In this document: one piece after another, positions 37,734 to 48,400 of the stretch
Numbering within the stretch: the first letter of the stretch is position 1
Layout of the letters: each line of letters begins with the position of its first letter
DNA from: a virus
Length of the DNA stretch: 64,000 nucleotides
Strand: one strand, 5' to 3'
IMG/VR virus record: IMGVR_UViG_3300033146_003955
Span: 64,001 to 128,000 of that record
Position numbers and translations under genes: made by a program
The notes under the pieces: generated by a model
Seen by the model: the letters and a program-made list of their open reading frames with translations, nothing else
Told to the model about the DNA's origin: nothing
The model's database searches: none

Positions 37734-40700
37734 ATGGGCACAATGAATGCCTTAAAAATGCGTTTAGATTTTCTCTTTAATACTAAAGAAGCAGTTCAAG
37801 GTGTTGCCTCCCTGACTAAAGGTTTTAACAATTTTGGTAATACTCTTGATATAATGAAAAATTTTATACCTGTTCATGATAATATGACTGGATCAATTAA
37901 TCAAATTAGTGAAAATTTGAAAAACGCTGTTGAATCAGGTAAAGAATACGGTGATGTTTTAAACAACTATATTAAGAGTGGAAATAGTATTGATGGATTA
38001 GCTGGAGGGATGGAGAGATTATATGAAGCACAAATAAAAGTAGGTCAATCTATTAAAACAGCAGGACAAATAGATATTTTAACAGGAGCAGTTAATGTTC
38101 TAGACCGAGCTTATATTAATGCAGGTAGCAGTGCTAATCAACTCCATGAAATACTTAAAGGATTTGATCCTAAAGGTGATAGATTTAATTTTGGTGATCA
38201 ATTAACTGAACAAATAATTGAATTGGAAGGAAGTAATGAAAAACTTGCTAAAGAGTTTAGAGAAGTAAATAGTGCTGCGGCTGAATTTAAGAAAAACCTT
38301 AATGGTAAACAGCTGGTACAATATAGCACATTAACTATGAAACTAGCAGAAGAATTCGCACACGGTACAATTAGTGCTAAAGCATATACCAAACAATTAG
38401 AACAATTAAACCATAGAACTACGTTTTTAAATCAGACTCTCCCTAAATTAAAAGGTCAACTAGCAGGTTTAGCTGGTGGTACTCTATCTACAATGACTAC
38501 TGCTTTAGGTGCTTTACGTATCATGGATGATGCTGTAAGTGCTCAAGCTCAAACAGTAGAAACAACTCATAGATTAGCTCTTGCTAATGCTACTGTATTT
38601 GAAGGTGCAGGAGAGAATGCAAAAAGTTTTACTAAAACAGTTATGGATATGAATAAAGCCGTTCGTGATGTTGGCACTCAAACAGGTGTATCAATGACAA
38701 GAGCTGCTGAAGCCATGAATTCTTTAGCTGCAGCTAGAGTTTCAGATAATATAGACGATTTGAATGAACTGGCTATTACATCAATTAGAATGTCACAGGC
38801 TTTTGGTATATCTGAAGGAGCGGCTGCAGATTTAATGAGGCAGCTTGTTCTCGTTGGTGGTTTAGACGTGGATAGTGTAAATGCAATGGCAGAGGAAATG
38901 GCAGATGTTCAAGCGGTATTCGGACTCACAGCAGAGGAAGCGACTGAAGTTACGGCACAAGTAGGGAAAGTGATAAATAGAATGACTGCGATGGGAGCCA
39001 ACTCTATTAAGAATGCAAAAATTGTAGCGAAAGAAGTTGCTAAAATGACTACATCATTTACTAAAGCTGGTCTAAGTGCTCAAGATGCTAGTGGTATGAT
39101 TGATCGTTTTATGGATCCAACTAAATTAGAAGATAATGTTCTTCTATGGCATAGTATGGGTATATCAGTTGCTGACGGTTTAGCTATGATGACTGGTGAT
39201 GCGTCTGCTATGGAAGGTATGACAGAAAAGTTAACAGCAACCGCAGTTCAATTAAAAGAACAATATGGTGGGAATGCTCTCGCTCTTCAAGCTATGGCAG
39301 AAGCTCATGGTATGACTATACAACAAATTAATCAACTAACTAATGCCCAAGAAAGACAAAAAAATATGTCTGCTGAAGAAATTAAAAAGATGGAAGAGCA
39401 AGCAACATTAGAATCTCAAGCAGAACAAGCACGTCAATCTATGAAAGAATCATTAACACGTTTGGCGTTTATAGGTAATGTGTTGATGCAAACATTCCTT
39501 ATGCCTCTTATAGATATCCTTACACCTATTGCGTCAAAGATAGCAAAAGTTGCCCAAGGTTTTACAGAATTTACTAAGAAGTTGGGACCTTTTGGCGGAG
39601 CCATTCGTGGTACTATGGGTTTAATTATATTATTCACTGCTTTAACTAAAACAAATTTACTTAAACTGTTAATGCCAATTGGGAAATTAGGTGAAGGTTT
39701 TGGTGGTATGTTTGGTGGTATAGCTTCAGGCGCTAAAAAGGGTATTGCAGCTTTAGGTAAATTTGTTACGTTAGCTGCTGGAAAGTTAAAAAATAAAGCA
39801 TTGAGTGAAGGATTAGGCAAACTTGGTTCAAGTATGCAGAGTGTTGCAGGTGGTGATAATAGTAAAACTATAAAAGGTGGTGCATCAAATGCAATAGGTG
39901 ATAAATCTATGGACAATGGGACTGATGCTACAAGCAAATTAAGTAAAATAAATGGTAAAGGTTTAATGCAAGTCGGCATTGGTTTAGCTGCGATTGCTGC
40001 TGCTGTTTTTTTATTAGCTCTTGCATTTAAAGTTTTAGTTGATGTTGTTCAAAATGCATCTGGACCAGATATGATTAAAGCTGGCCTTATCATGGCTTTA
40101 ATGATGGTCGGATTAGGAGCAGCAGCTTTTGCCTTAGGTAAAATATCCGCAGTTGCTGGTCCAGAAATAATGTTACTCGGCGGAGCGATGTTAATGGTTG
40201 CGGGATCCGTCGCTATATTAGCTGGAGCTTTCTGGCTTTTAAATGAAGTAATACAGAATGACGGTGGATGGAAAACATTTGGTATAATGGCTGCAATGAT
40301 GGCCATATTAGTTGTAGCTGTATTGGCTCTGGCAGCTGCTGGGACTGCTGCTGCCGTACCATTAATTACACTTGGTGGAGCTATGTTAATGATTGCAGGA
40401 TCAATAGCGATACTTGGTGCTGGTTTATTTTTAATAGGTTGGGGTTTAGATAAAATAATTCAAGCTATATCTAAGACTGGTAAAGAGTTTGCAGAAGGTG
40501 CTAAAAATATGGCTGCTGGAATTTTTTCTCTACTTATACCATTGGGCTTATTAGGTATTGTTGGTGGAGCGGCAGCTCTTGGCTTGTCATTGTTTGCTAT
40601 TGCTATGGCAGTTATTGGCTTAGCCGCTATGGCTCTAGTTATGATGTTTAATGTAATAAAAGATTCTATCACAGGATTTGTAGACGGATTAAGATATATA

Positions 40701-41684
40701 AGTGAAAATGCCGGAGTTGTTGTAGCAGGCCTTGCAGTATTAGGAGCCGGGCTTTTATTACTTGGTATTCAAGTCACACCAGTTATTCCCGCCTTATTAG
40801 GGGTTGGGCTTGCTTTTGTTATGATGGGAGCAGGTATGGCTTTGGTTGGTTTAGGGTTTAAATTCTTCAGTGAAGGTATTGCTAAACTTTCAGGTAATAT
40901 CGGTACTCTTGCTTTAGGATTAATTCTTACGATAGCTGCTTTTACTGCTTTTGTGACGGCTATAAATTTCTTTATTGTACCGATAGCAACTGCTATTATT
41001 GCTATTGCCGCATTAGGTGTAGCTACAATAATTCTTGGAGCAGGTATGGCTCTTTCCGGCCTTGGCATGCAACTTATGGCTAAAGGATTTGCATCTCTTA
41101 CTGAACATTCTAAGACTATGTTGAATACATCAATAGAACTAGCAAAATCTTTAGTCGCATTAGCTGTTGGTATGGGTATTGCTGCCGCGATTATGATGCC
41201 TTTTGTTGGTACTTTTGGAGCCGCTGCTATTACTCTTGGTTTATTTGCTCTCGTTGCTTTAAGCATAGGTGCTGCATTTAAAATGATGGGTACTGGAACA
41301 CAATTATTAGCTAAAAATGCTGTTGGAGCAATAGAAGGCATAAAAGGAATTAAGTCGGAATTAGGTGGTATGAAAGATGTAGCCAAAGATTATATCAGTT
41401 CTATAGATGATATAACAACATCATTTATTAAATTGGGCCAGGTTCAAGATAAAGGACTTAAAGGATTAAAAGCATACAAGAAGATTGTTCATGATATTCA
41501 AGTTGAAGTTAAAAAAAGCGGTGATGTTGATAAAGCTGCAGCTCAAATGGATACAGCTAATGAACATTTAAATAAAATATCCGGGTTTACTTCTAGAACA
41601 GCTCTTGCAGTTGAGAAGTTAGCAGATACTGTTAAGGGTGGCGGTAATAATTCTTTTGTAGCGACCATGGAAACTGGTCTTTAA
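37734..41684 (+). CDS. Tail tape measure protein
   Basis: 1316 aa, Ala/Gly-rich helical, very hydrophobic C-half, in tail/baseplate cluster. Confidence 0.85.
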   Translation: MGTMNALKMRLDFLFNTKEAVQGVASLTKGFNNFGNTLDIMKNFIPVHDNMTGSINQISENLKNAVESGKEYGDVLNNYIKSGNSIDGLAGGMERLYEAQIKVGQSIKTAGQIDILTGAVNVLDRAYINAGSSANQLHEILKGFDPKGDRFNFGDQLTEQIIELEGSNEKLAKEFREVNSAAAEFKKNLNGKQLVQYSTLTMKLAEEFAHGTISAKAYTKQLEQLNHRTTFLNQTLPKLKGQLAGLAGGTLSTMTTALGALRIMDDAVSAQAQTVETTHRLALANATVFEGAGENAKSFTKTVMDMNKAVRDVGTQTGVSMTRAAEAMNSLAAARVSDNIDDLNELAITSIRMSQAFGISEGAAADLMRQLVLVGGLDVDSVNAMAEEMADVQAVFGLTAEEATEVTAQVGKVINRMTAMGANSIKNAKIVAKEVAKMTTSFTKAGLSAQDASGMIDRFMDPTKLEDNVLLWHSMGISVADGLAMMTGDASAMEGMTEKLTATAVQLKEQYGGNALALQAMAEAHGMTIQQINQLTNAQERQKNMSAEEIKKMEEQATLESQAEQARQSMKESLTRLAFIGNVLMQTFLMPLIDILTPIASKIAKVAQGFTEFTKKLGPFGGAIRGTMGLIILFTALTKTNLLKLLMPIGKLGEGFGGMFGGIASGAKKGIAALGKFVTLAAGKLKNKALSEGLGKLGSSMQSVAGGDNSKTIKGGASNAIGDKSMDNGTDATSKLSKINGKGLMQVGIGLAAIAAAVFLLALAFKVLVDVVQNASGPDMIKAGLIMALMMVGLGAAAFALGKISAVAGPEIMLLGGAMLMVAGSVAILAGAFWLLNEVIQNDGGWKTFGIMAAMMAILVVAVLALAAAGTAAAVPLITLGGAMLMIAGSIAILGAGLFLIGWGLDKIIQAISKTGKEFAEGAKNMAAGIFSLLIPLGLLGIVGGAAALGLSLFAIAMAVIGLAAMALVMMFNVIKDSITGFVDGLRYISENAGVVVAGLAVLGAGLLLLGIQVTPVIPALLGVGLAFVMMGAGMALVGLGFKFFSEGIAKLSGNIGTLALGLILTIAAFTAFVTAINFFIVPIATAIIAIAALGVATIILGAGMALSGLGMQLMAKGFASLTEHSKTMLNTSIELAKSLVALAVGMGIAAAIMMPFVGTFGAAAITLGLFALVALSIGAAFKMMGTGTQLLAKNAVGAIEGIKGIKSELGGMKDVAKDYISSIDDITTSFIKLGQVQDKGLKGLKAYKKIVHDIQVEVKKSGDVDKAAAQMDTANEHLNKISGFTSRTALAVEKLADTVKGGGNNSFVATMETGL

Positions 41685-41701
41685 GGAGCATAATTAATAA
41701 T

Positions 41702-42379
41702 ATGAAAATAATAAAATATTTATATGAACCCATACTTGAACTTCAATGTTCTACATGTATGGAAGAGCACACCATGCGTTTTGATATTTGTAAAGATTTT
41801 AAAAACGATGAAAATCATGAAGCTTTATACGTTGATTTAATAAGCGAATATACTCCTGGTTTTTTTGAGAGATTAAAGACTTTTTTTCATTATAGGAAGA
41901 ATTGGAAAAAATATATAAATGGGAAAGAACAAACATATAACGGTATAACTCTTGATATTACACAAATTAGAGAAATGTACCCAATCTTAATAGACAAACT
42001 TTTAAAGTATGAAACTATAACTTTAAAGGATGTAGAAGAAATAGAAAGTTGGGACAATTTTCCAACTATAGAATATGATAAAGATGGATGGGCAGAACAA
42101 ATTATATTTAATGGAAATGATATTGTTTTATCTATTGAAGCTCACGAAAGTAATGGAAAAAATATAATTCAATTTTTTACTCTTGGCTATAGATTTTATG
42201 ATGAGATGAAACAGAAAGATATTAATAGACGTACATGGTATTACTTGATATATAAAAGTAAGGCAATGATTAGTAATTATGAAGGATTTATTGATTATAA
42301 TAATACTAAGTTATTTCTTTCAGTATTATACTATTTAATTAAAAATATGAACAAAGAAACAAACCAACTCAATAAATAG
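41702..42379 (+). CDS. Hypothetical protein inserted in the tail operon
   Basis: Own GCATA-N9-ATG; CxxC. Confidence 0.7.
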   Translation: MKIIKYLYEPILELQCSTCMEEHTMRFDICKDFKNDENHEALYVDLISEYTPGFFERLKTFFHYRKNWKKYINGKEQTYNGITLDITQIREMYPILIDKLLKYETITLKDVEEIESWDNFPTIEYDKDGWAEQIIFNGNDIVLSIEAHESNGKNIIQFFTLGYRFYDEMKQKDINRRTWYYLIYKSKAMISNYEGFIDYNNTKLFLSVLYYLIKNMNKETNQLNK

Positions 42380-42384
42380 CCTAA

Positions 42385-42429
42385 TTTCTCAATTTATCTT
42401 AAGATAATAGTAAGTAATAAGTTGAGAGG
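42385..42429 (+). promoter_or_regulatory. AAGATAA motif in the loop of an RBS-occluding hairpin
   Basis: 13-bp stem tttctcaatttat/ataagttgagagg (GU pairs); AAGATAA at 42401. Confidence 0.7.
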
Positions 42430-42434
42430 TAAAA

Positions 42435-45400
42435 ATGGCTAATTGTGATAACACTTCTAATGATAGTGGTAACCTTGGCGTGGGACCAGGTGTTCCAAAT
42501 CCTAATATTGATTCTGAGATTTTAAAACCAGAACAAAATATCCCCCCTCGAGAAAGTTATAAATTGGGTGAAAATTTTTTAGAACCTGATAATAAAGCTC
42601 AGAAAGGTATACGTACTTTAGGTTCTTTCGGTACTCAAAAAAATAAAAATGAAAATGACTTAACACTTCCAACTGGTCAGAGAATAAAAAATGAACAAGA
42701 AATACAGCAAGCTATAGAAAGAAGAGGTAAGGACGAAGCTGAACCTCAAATGCCTATATCTTCTACAAGTAAAATAGATGAAAAAATCACTCAAATAAAA
42801 GATTCTGAAACTAAAAAATCTGTTGATATTGCTAGCACAGAAACTCGACCAAATAAAAATTTAAATGAAATATCCATTTCTTCAGATTCTAAATTAAAAG
42901 AATTAAATTCAATAAACATTAAATCTGATTCTAAAAAAGATGAGCAAGAAGTATTAGAAAGTGAAAATAGAGATATAAAAATAGGTGATCAAATAGATTT
43001 GGTAAGTAGTAGACAGATTAAAGATTCTTCTATTACTATAACAGGTGAAAAAAATTTTAAAAAAGATGAAGTGGTGGAAGATACTAATACTCATGAGAAA
43101 AAAGATTCTCCATCTATGGAAGTTAGCGGAGCTAACGGAAATCAAGTAAAAGTAGAAAATGATATAAATACAACTGCTCCTGTTGTAAATGATAAATTTT
43201 TTAATGAGAAGGATTTAAATGTAGTTGATATATTTAAAAATTCTAAAAAAGACGAAGTTGTAAATGTACACGACTCAACTGGGAAAAAGTCCGAATCAGA
43301 TTTGGGTCCAGAAGAAGATCACACTCTCAAGTTTGAGATGGATATACCTTCAACAATTTCAGTTAATAAAACTGAAGAAGAAATTGCTGGTACTATACCT
43401 ACTGAAAAGACTGAAGAAGAAATTGCAGACACTACATCTACTGAAAAGACTGAAGAAGAAATTGCAGACACTACATCTACTGAAAAGACTGAAGAAGAAA
43501 TTGCAGACACTACATCTACTGAAAAAGATTTACAAGAAATTGCAGACACTATATCTACTGAAAAAGATTTACAAGAAATTGCAGACACTATATCTACTGA
43601 AAAAGATTTACAAGAAATTGAAGAAGCTACAGCGTCTCAGGGTAAACCAACTGATGTTCAAATAACAACAGAAGCATCCAGCTCTGTTAATGCTTCACCT
43701 ATAACTATATTAGAAGCAGAAACAGGTGGAAGTGCTTTATCTTATAACGTAAACACTCCTGCTTCAGAACAAATAATAGAGAACGATTATGATACTACCT
43801 CGGTATTAAGAAATAAAGATGTAGCTGACAATAGCGCCTCTCGTGCAGATTCTGAAGGTAACGTTACTTTTATTGATGAAAATGGGAATGTAAATACAAC
43901 AATTAGAAAAATTAAAGATTCAACAAATACTGTATCGGCGTTAGCTTCTGCTGGTTTTAATCCTACAACAACTAATGGCGAAATTGATACAGAATTGTAT
44001 GACAATGCTGTTAAGGTACTATATGAGGACAATGTATTATCTAGTAATTATAGTACAAATAATAATGCTAATAAAAATTATGAATATGAATTAAATACTA
44101 ACATAAAAGCTAATAGAGAAATAGAATCTAATGAAGGTTTACTTGAAAAAGAAACATTAAAACAGGAAACAACAACTGATACCCATTCTAAAATAGGAGA
44201 TGTGTTATCAGATCCCGATCAAAGAAACGAGAGATACGATTATACAGAGTTGGAAAATGATGGGCAGGTAATAAAAGGAAGCGGCGATGCTATCGGTGCA
44301 AGAGATTTTAAATCTATAGACGTAAGTAGTGATGGAATAATAAATCAAGAATTATATCCTAATGATCCTGTTAATATACCTGAAAGTGCTAATGTCATTG
44401 ATAAAAATATATCTAATATATATCATGAAAATTTTATATATGATGATTTTGGTAATGAAAGAAACACTGATATAAGTTCAGAATCTAATGTTGGTTTATT
44501 CGATAGTGAAACTCCAAAAAAAGAAGTAACAGATCCAACAAATCAACTAAATTTAGAAAAACCTAATGATCAACTTCAAAATAGGCCAGAATACGTAGGT
44601 GATAATAATACAAATGATGAAATAAAAGGTATAAGAGATAATAAATTAAATGGTATAACAAATGAAAATATCATTCACTCAAATTATGAAGCTTCTATAA
44701 AAATTGATAATGCAGTATTAAATGCTGGTGAAGAAAGAGAAAGTGGTCAAGAAAATACTAATCATGATTATAGTAATTATATAAGTAGCAGAAATGTAGA
44801 AAACGATTTTATAGATACTACTGTACATGAACAAAACACACCTCGTAAAACAGTTGTACCTCCTAATAATATAATTGGCAACACTGAACCTTTAACCCAA
44901 TTACAAGACCGTTCGGAATACGTGGGTGACAACGATATAAACGATAGAATAAAAGGTGTAAGAGATAATAAACTAGATGGCATAACAAATGAAAATATTA
45001 TTCACTCAAATTATGAATCTGAATATAAAATAAATGAAGCAGCTCAGTTTAATGCTGTGACTACAGATGATGTTATTTCAGGTCAAGACAAGAGTAATTT
45101 TAATTATGATTCTGTACAAATTAAGAGACCGTATTCAAAATTATCAGAGAGTACAATAAATTCAGAATCATTTGTCCACGGTGTTACTCAAACTGATGAA
45201 ACAAATGTTGTATACCAAGACGATGATACTGATGGATATACTGGGCAAGTTAATGTCCAAGATGTTCTTACTGTAACTCGATTAGATAGAAACGTTGAAT
45301 ATACACTTAACGATATAGATAAGACAAAATTAAAAATAGATGCAACTACAGTTAATAGCGAAGGTGATATTACAGATATTGATTTTAATAATTATAATCA

Positions 45401-48400
45401 ACAACCTGGTGATTTTGATGACGGAAATGCTAACGAATATATCCCCAACAGAGACGCTATAAATTATGTCATAGACGACCCGGCGACAGAAGATGTAAAT
45501 GAGATGGCTGATGCTGCTATATTCCAGAAACAACAAGTTGATAATTTTGACTATACAGATATATTAGTTAAGTCTTCAGGTAAGATTTCTGGTACTCCAA
45601 GTGTTAGAGGAGCAAAAGATTTCAGATATATTGGTGCATCAAAAGTACCTGGAAGTATTGCGACAACTTCAAATCAGAAATATGCTGATCTCTTAGATAC
45701 AAAAAACATAGATTATGGTTCTGCTAAAGTGGAAGAAGCTTTTCTTGCAGAATTTGGGTTGGAAACTATTGAGGAGTGGAAAACTCAAGGTGTTTATTTA
45801 GAAAACGTACGTAATAAAATTGGTGAAGTGGATTTTAATCTATATAGAGAAGACAACAATGGTGATTATTCGTCCATTCAAGAAACAACAAATTTTACAT
45901 ATAGTACGTTAGCTTCCGATGGTAGTGAAATAACTATCTTCAATATTAAAGAAGGTGATATCGCATCAAAAAATAGTTTCTATAAAACATTAGAAGGTAA
46001 TAATGAATTTGGTGAAAATGATTATGCCTTCCCTACAGCTATTGCTATTAATAATAATGTTGATATAAATTCAGATAGATGGCAAGAAACTACATCACGT
46101 GATATAATAATGAGTGATTTATCAGAAGTAGATTGGTTTACATTGGTTGCTGCTGGAATGGGTGTTACGAGTGCTTTAAGTACAGCGTCTAATTTAGTGG
46201 ATACTATTGAAGATCTTAGTAATCCTCAAGGTTTTAGTGATTTCAGTATAAATGATGATACACAAAATGTGTTGAGACGGTTAACTTTCGTAAATGCAGC
46301 GTCTATAGTTTATAATGTTAAAAGTAATATCACATTAGAAGGTAGTGCAGGTTCAGGTGTTCTTGGTTATGTTGATTCAGTTTCAGAAGTTGCAACTTCA
46401 TTTGGAGCATTACAAAACCACCCTGCTGCATGGACAATGTCTCGCCTAAGAGCTATTAATCCTAAAAATGAACGTGATGTATTACCAGCGACAAATGTTG
46501 CTATCCAAGGCTCACGAGGAGAAGTAAAGGGAGATGCTAGTGGAAATTGGAATGGATGGCTTGATGGTGAAGAGTGGGATATAGAAAATTCATTCGCAGC
46601 TAAATATTCTTCTATGGCAAATTTTCGGGATGCTGTTATAGAAGGAAAAGCTGGCCAGTTAAATATATTTAATAGTGATAGAAAAATACGGCCTAGTTCT
46701 GGTACAGAAGGCAAAGACGCTATGTCTTATGATGAGTGGGACGGTCAATGGACAGAAATTGATGGTATGACTTTTATAAATGAGTGGACTGGAAATGTTA
46801 ATATAACCGCTAGTTGGTTACAACCAACAGAATATCAAGCTATTTATAATTTTAGTCAACATGTTAATGGAAAAGATAAAATTGATGTTGAAAAATTATG
46901 GAACATCAACAAAGATCGTACCAAACATAGAAAAGGTGCTTATACTAGTAAGTTGTGGGGTTTGGCAAGTGAATTTTTTACACCAAATGCTGATGGAATT
47001 TATAGACAGGATCTTAATACTAATATAGAAAGTAATTTCAATTCCGCTAAAGATGATAATATTAATAATTTTCCAGCTCCGTTTACAACAAATAGTATCT
47101 ATATGGCTGAAGATGGTGATACCAAAGGTACGCTTGGAAGTTATAAAATTTTATTTCCAGATGTTGAAAAAGGATGGCACGCAAATAATACCACTTATTA
47201 TATTAATAAAGATGTTTTAACCAAAATAAATGATAAATCGACAAAAATATTTGATGGAATGTTTCATGTTAAATCTGATCAAACCTTCTACGGTGAGTTA
47301 ATGGCTAATGCATCACTTGGTGCCGGTAAAGTAATTTATACAGATTATAAAGGAAAATCATTAAATCCGACTGTAGATAATGAACTTGATATAGATCCTC
47401 ACTTTATCGATGCTGGACTTAATGATATATTGATACCATTAACTGGTGTTGAAAATCTTACAGGTAAAGATTTGTTTTATAAAGAATTGATTAAAGATGA
47501 TAAAAACGAAAATTTAGAGGGTTTTAAACATTTTAATTGGACAAATTGGAAAAACAGTCAAGATAAGCATAATATATTTCAAGGGCTTTGGAATATAGAT
47601 ACTATGGCCGAGGGTAATGAAGCGGTTAATGAACGTATGGCTATCTCTAATATTAAAAGATACGAAACTATAAACATCTTCTATGACGAGTTGATGACTA
47701 ATAAAACTAATATTACAGAAAATAATTATCACCCTGAATATCAAGATGCAGAAGGTAATTTAGGTGATCCTCATCTCGGACAATTTCAAATTGATTATAC
47801 TACTACTGGTGGTACAGAAACACCTATATATAATACTGGTATAGCTCATGCGCAAGGCAAAGATTTATTTGCTTATAATATGGCAACACAAACTTTTGGT
47901 AAAGAAGAAGATTTATTTTCATGGTCACGTATTGGCTCTTTGAGTGAACAAGATACCGATTATAATTATTGGAATATGATGGGTATTATTAATAACGAAA
48001 ATAGATTGGCTGGTGGAGAATTTCAAAATATTAAAACAATAAAAAATAGTATAAATATTGTTAATTTTAAATATCGAGGTAAGTTATCAGGTTCAGGATT
48101 AACAAATAAGTCTGCTAATAATAGATTTTCATACGATGATTTTAGATTTATGGATAGTAGTAATCAAATTACTAAAACTATAAATATATTAGATGAAAAT
48201 GGAGCAATTACTAACAGCAATCTTGGTGAAGATTTAGCGTTTTTTAATGATGATAATTATGCTCTGTCTGCTCTTGCTGTTAATGTTCCTACTATTGTTG
48301 AATATGATAAATTTACATTTGGAACAGATGAAACTGGTAGTAGAGATGGGATAACAGATAAATTAATAGAATCAGCTCCTTTCGCTCAATCTGCATTTGG

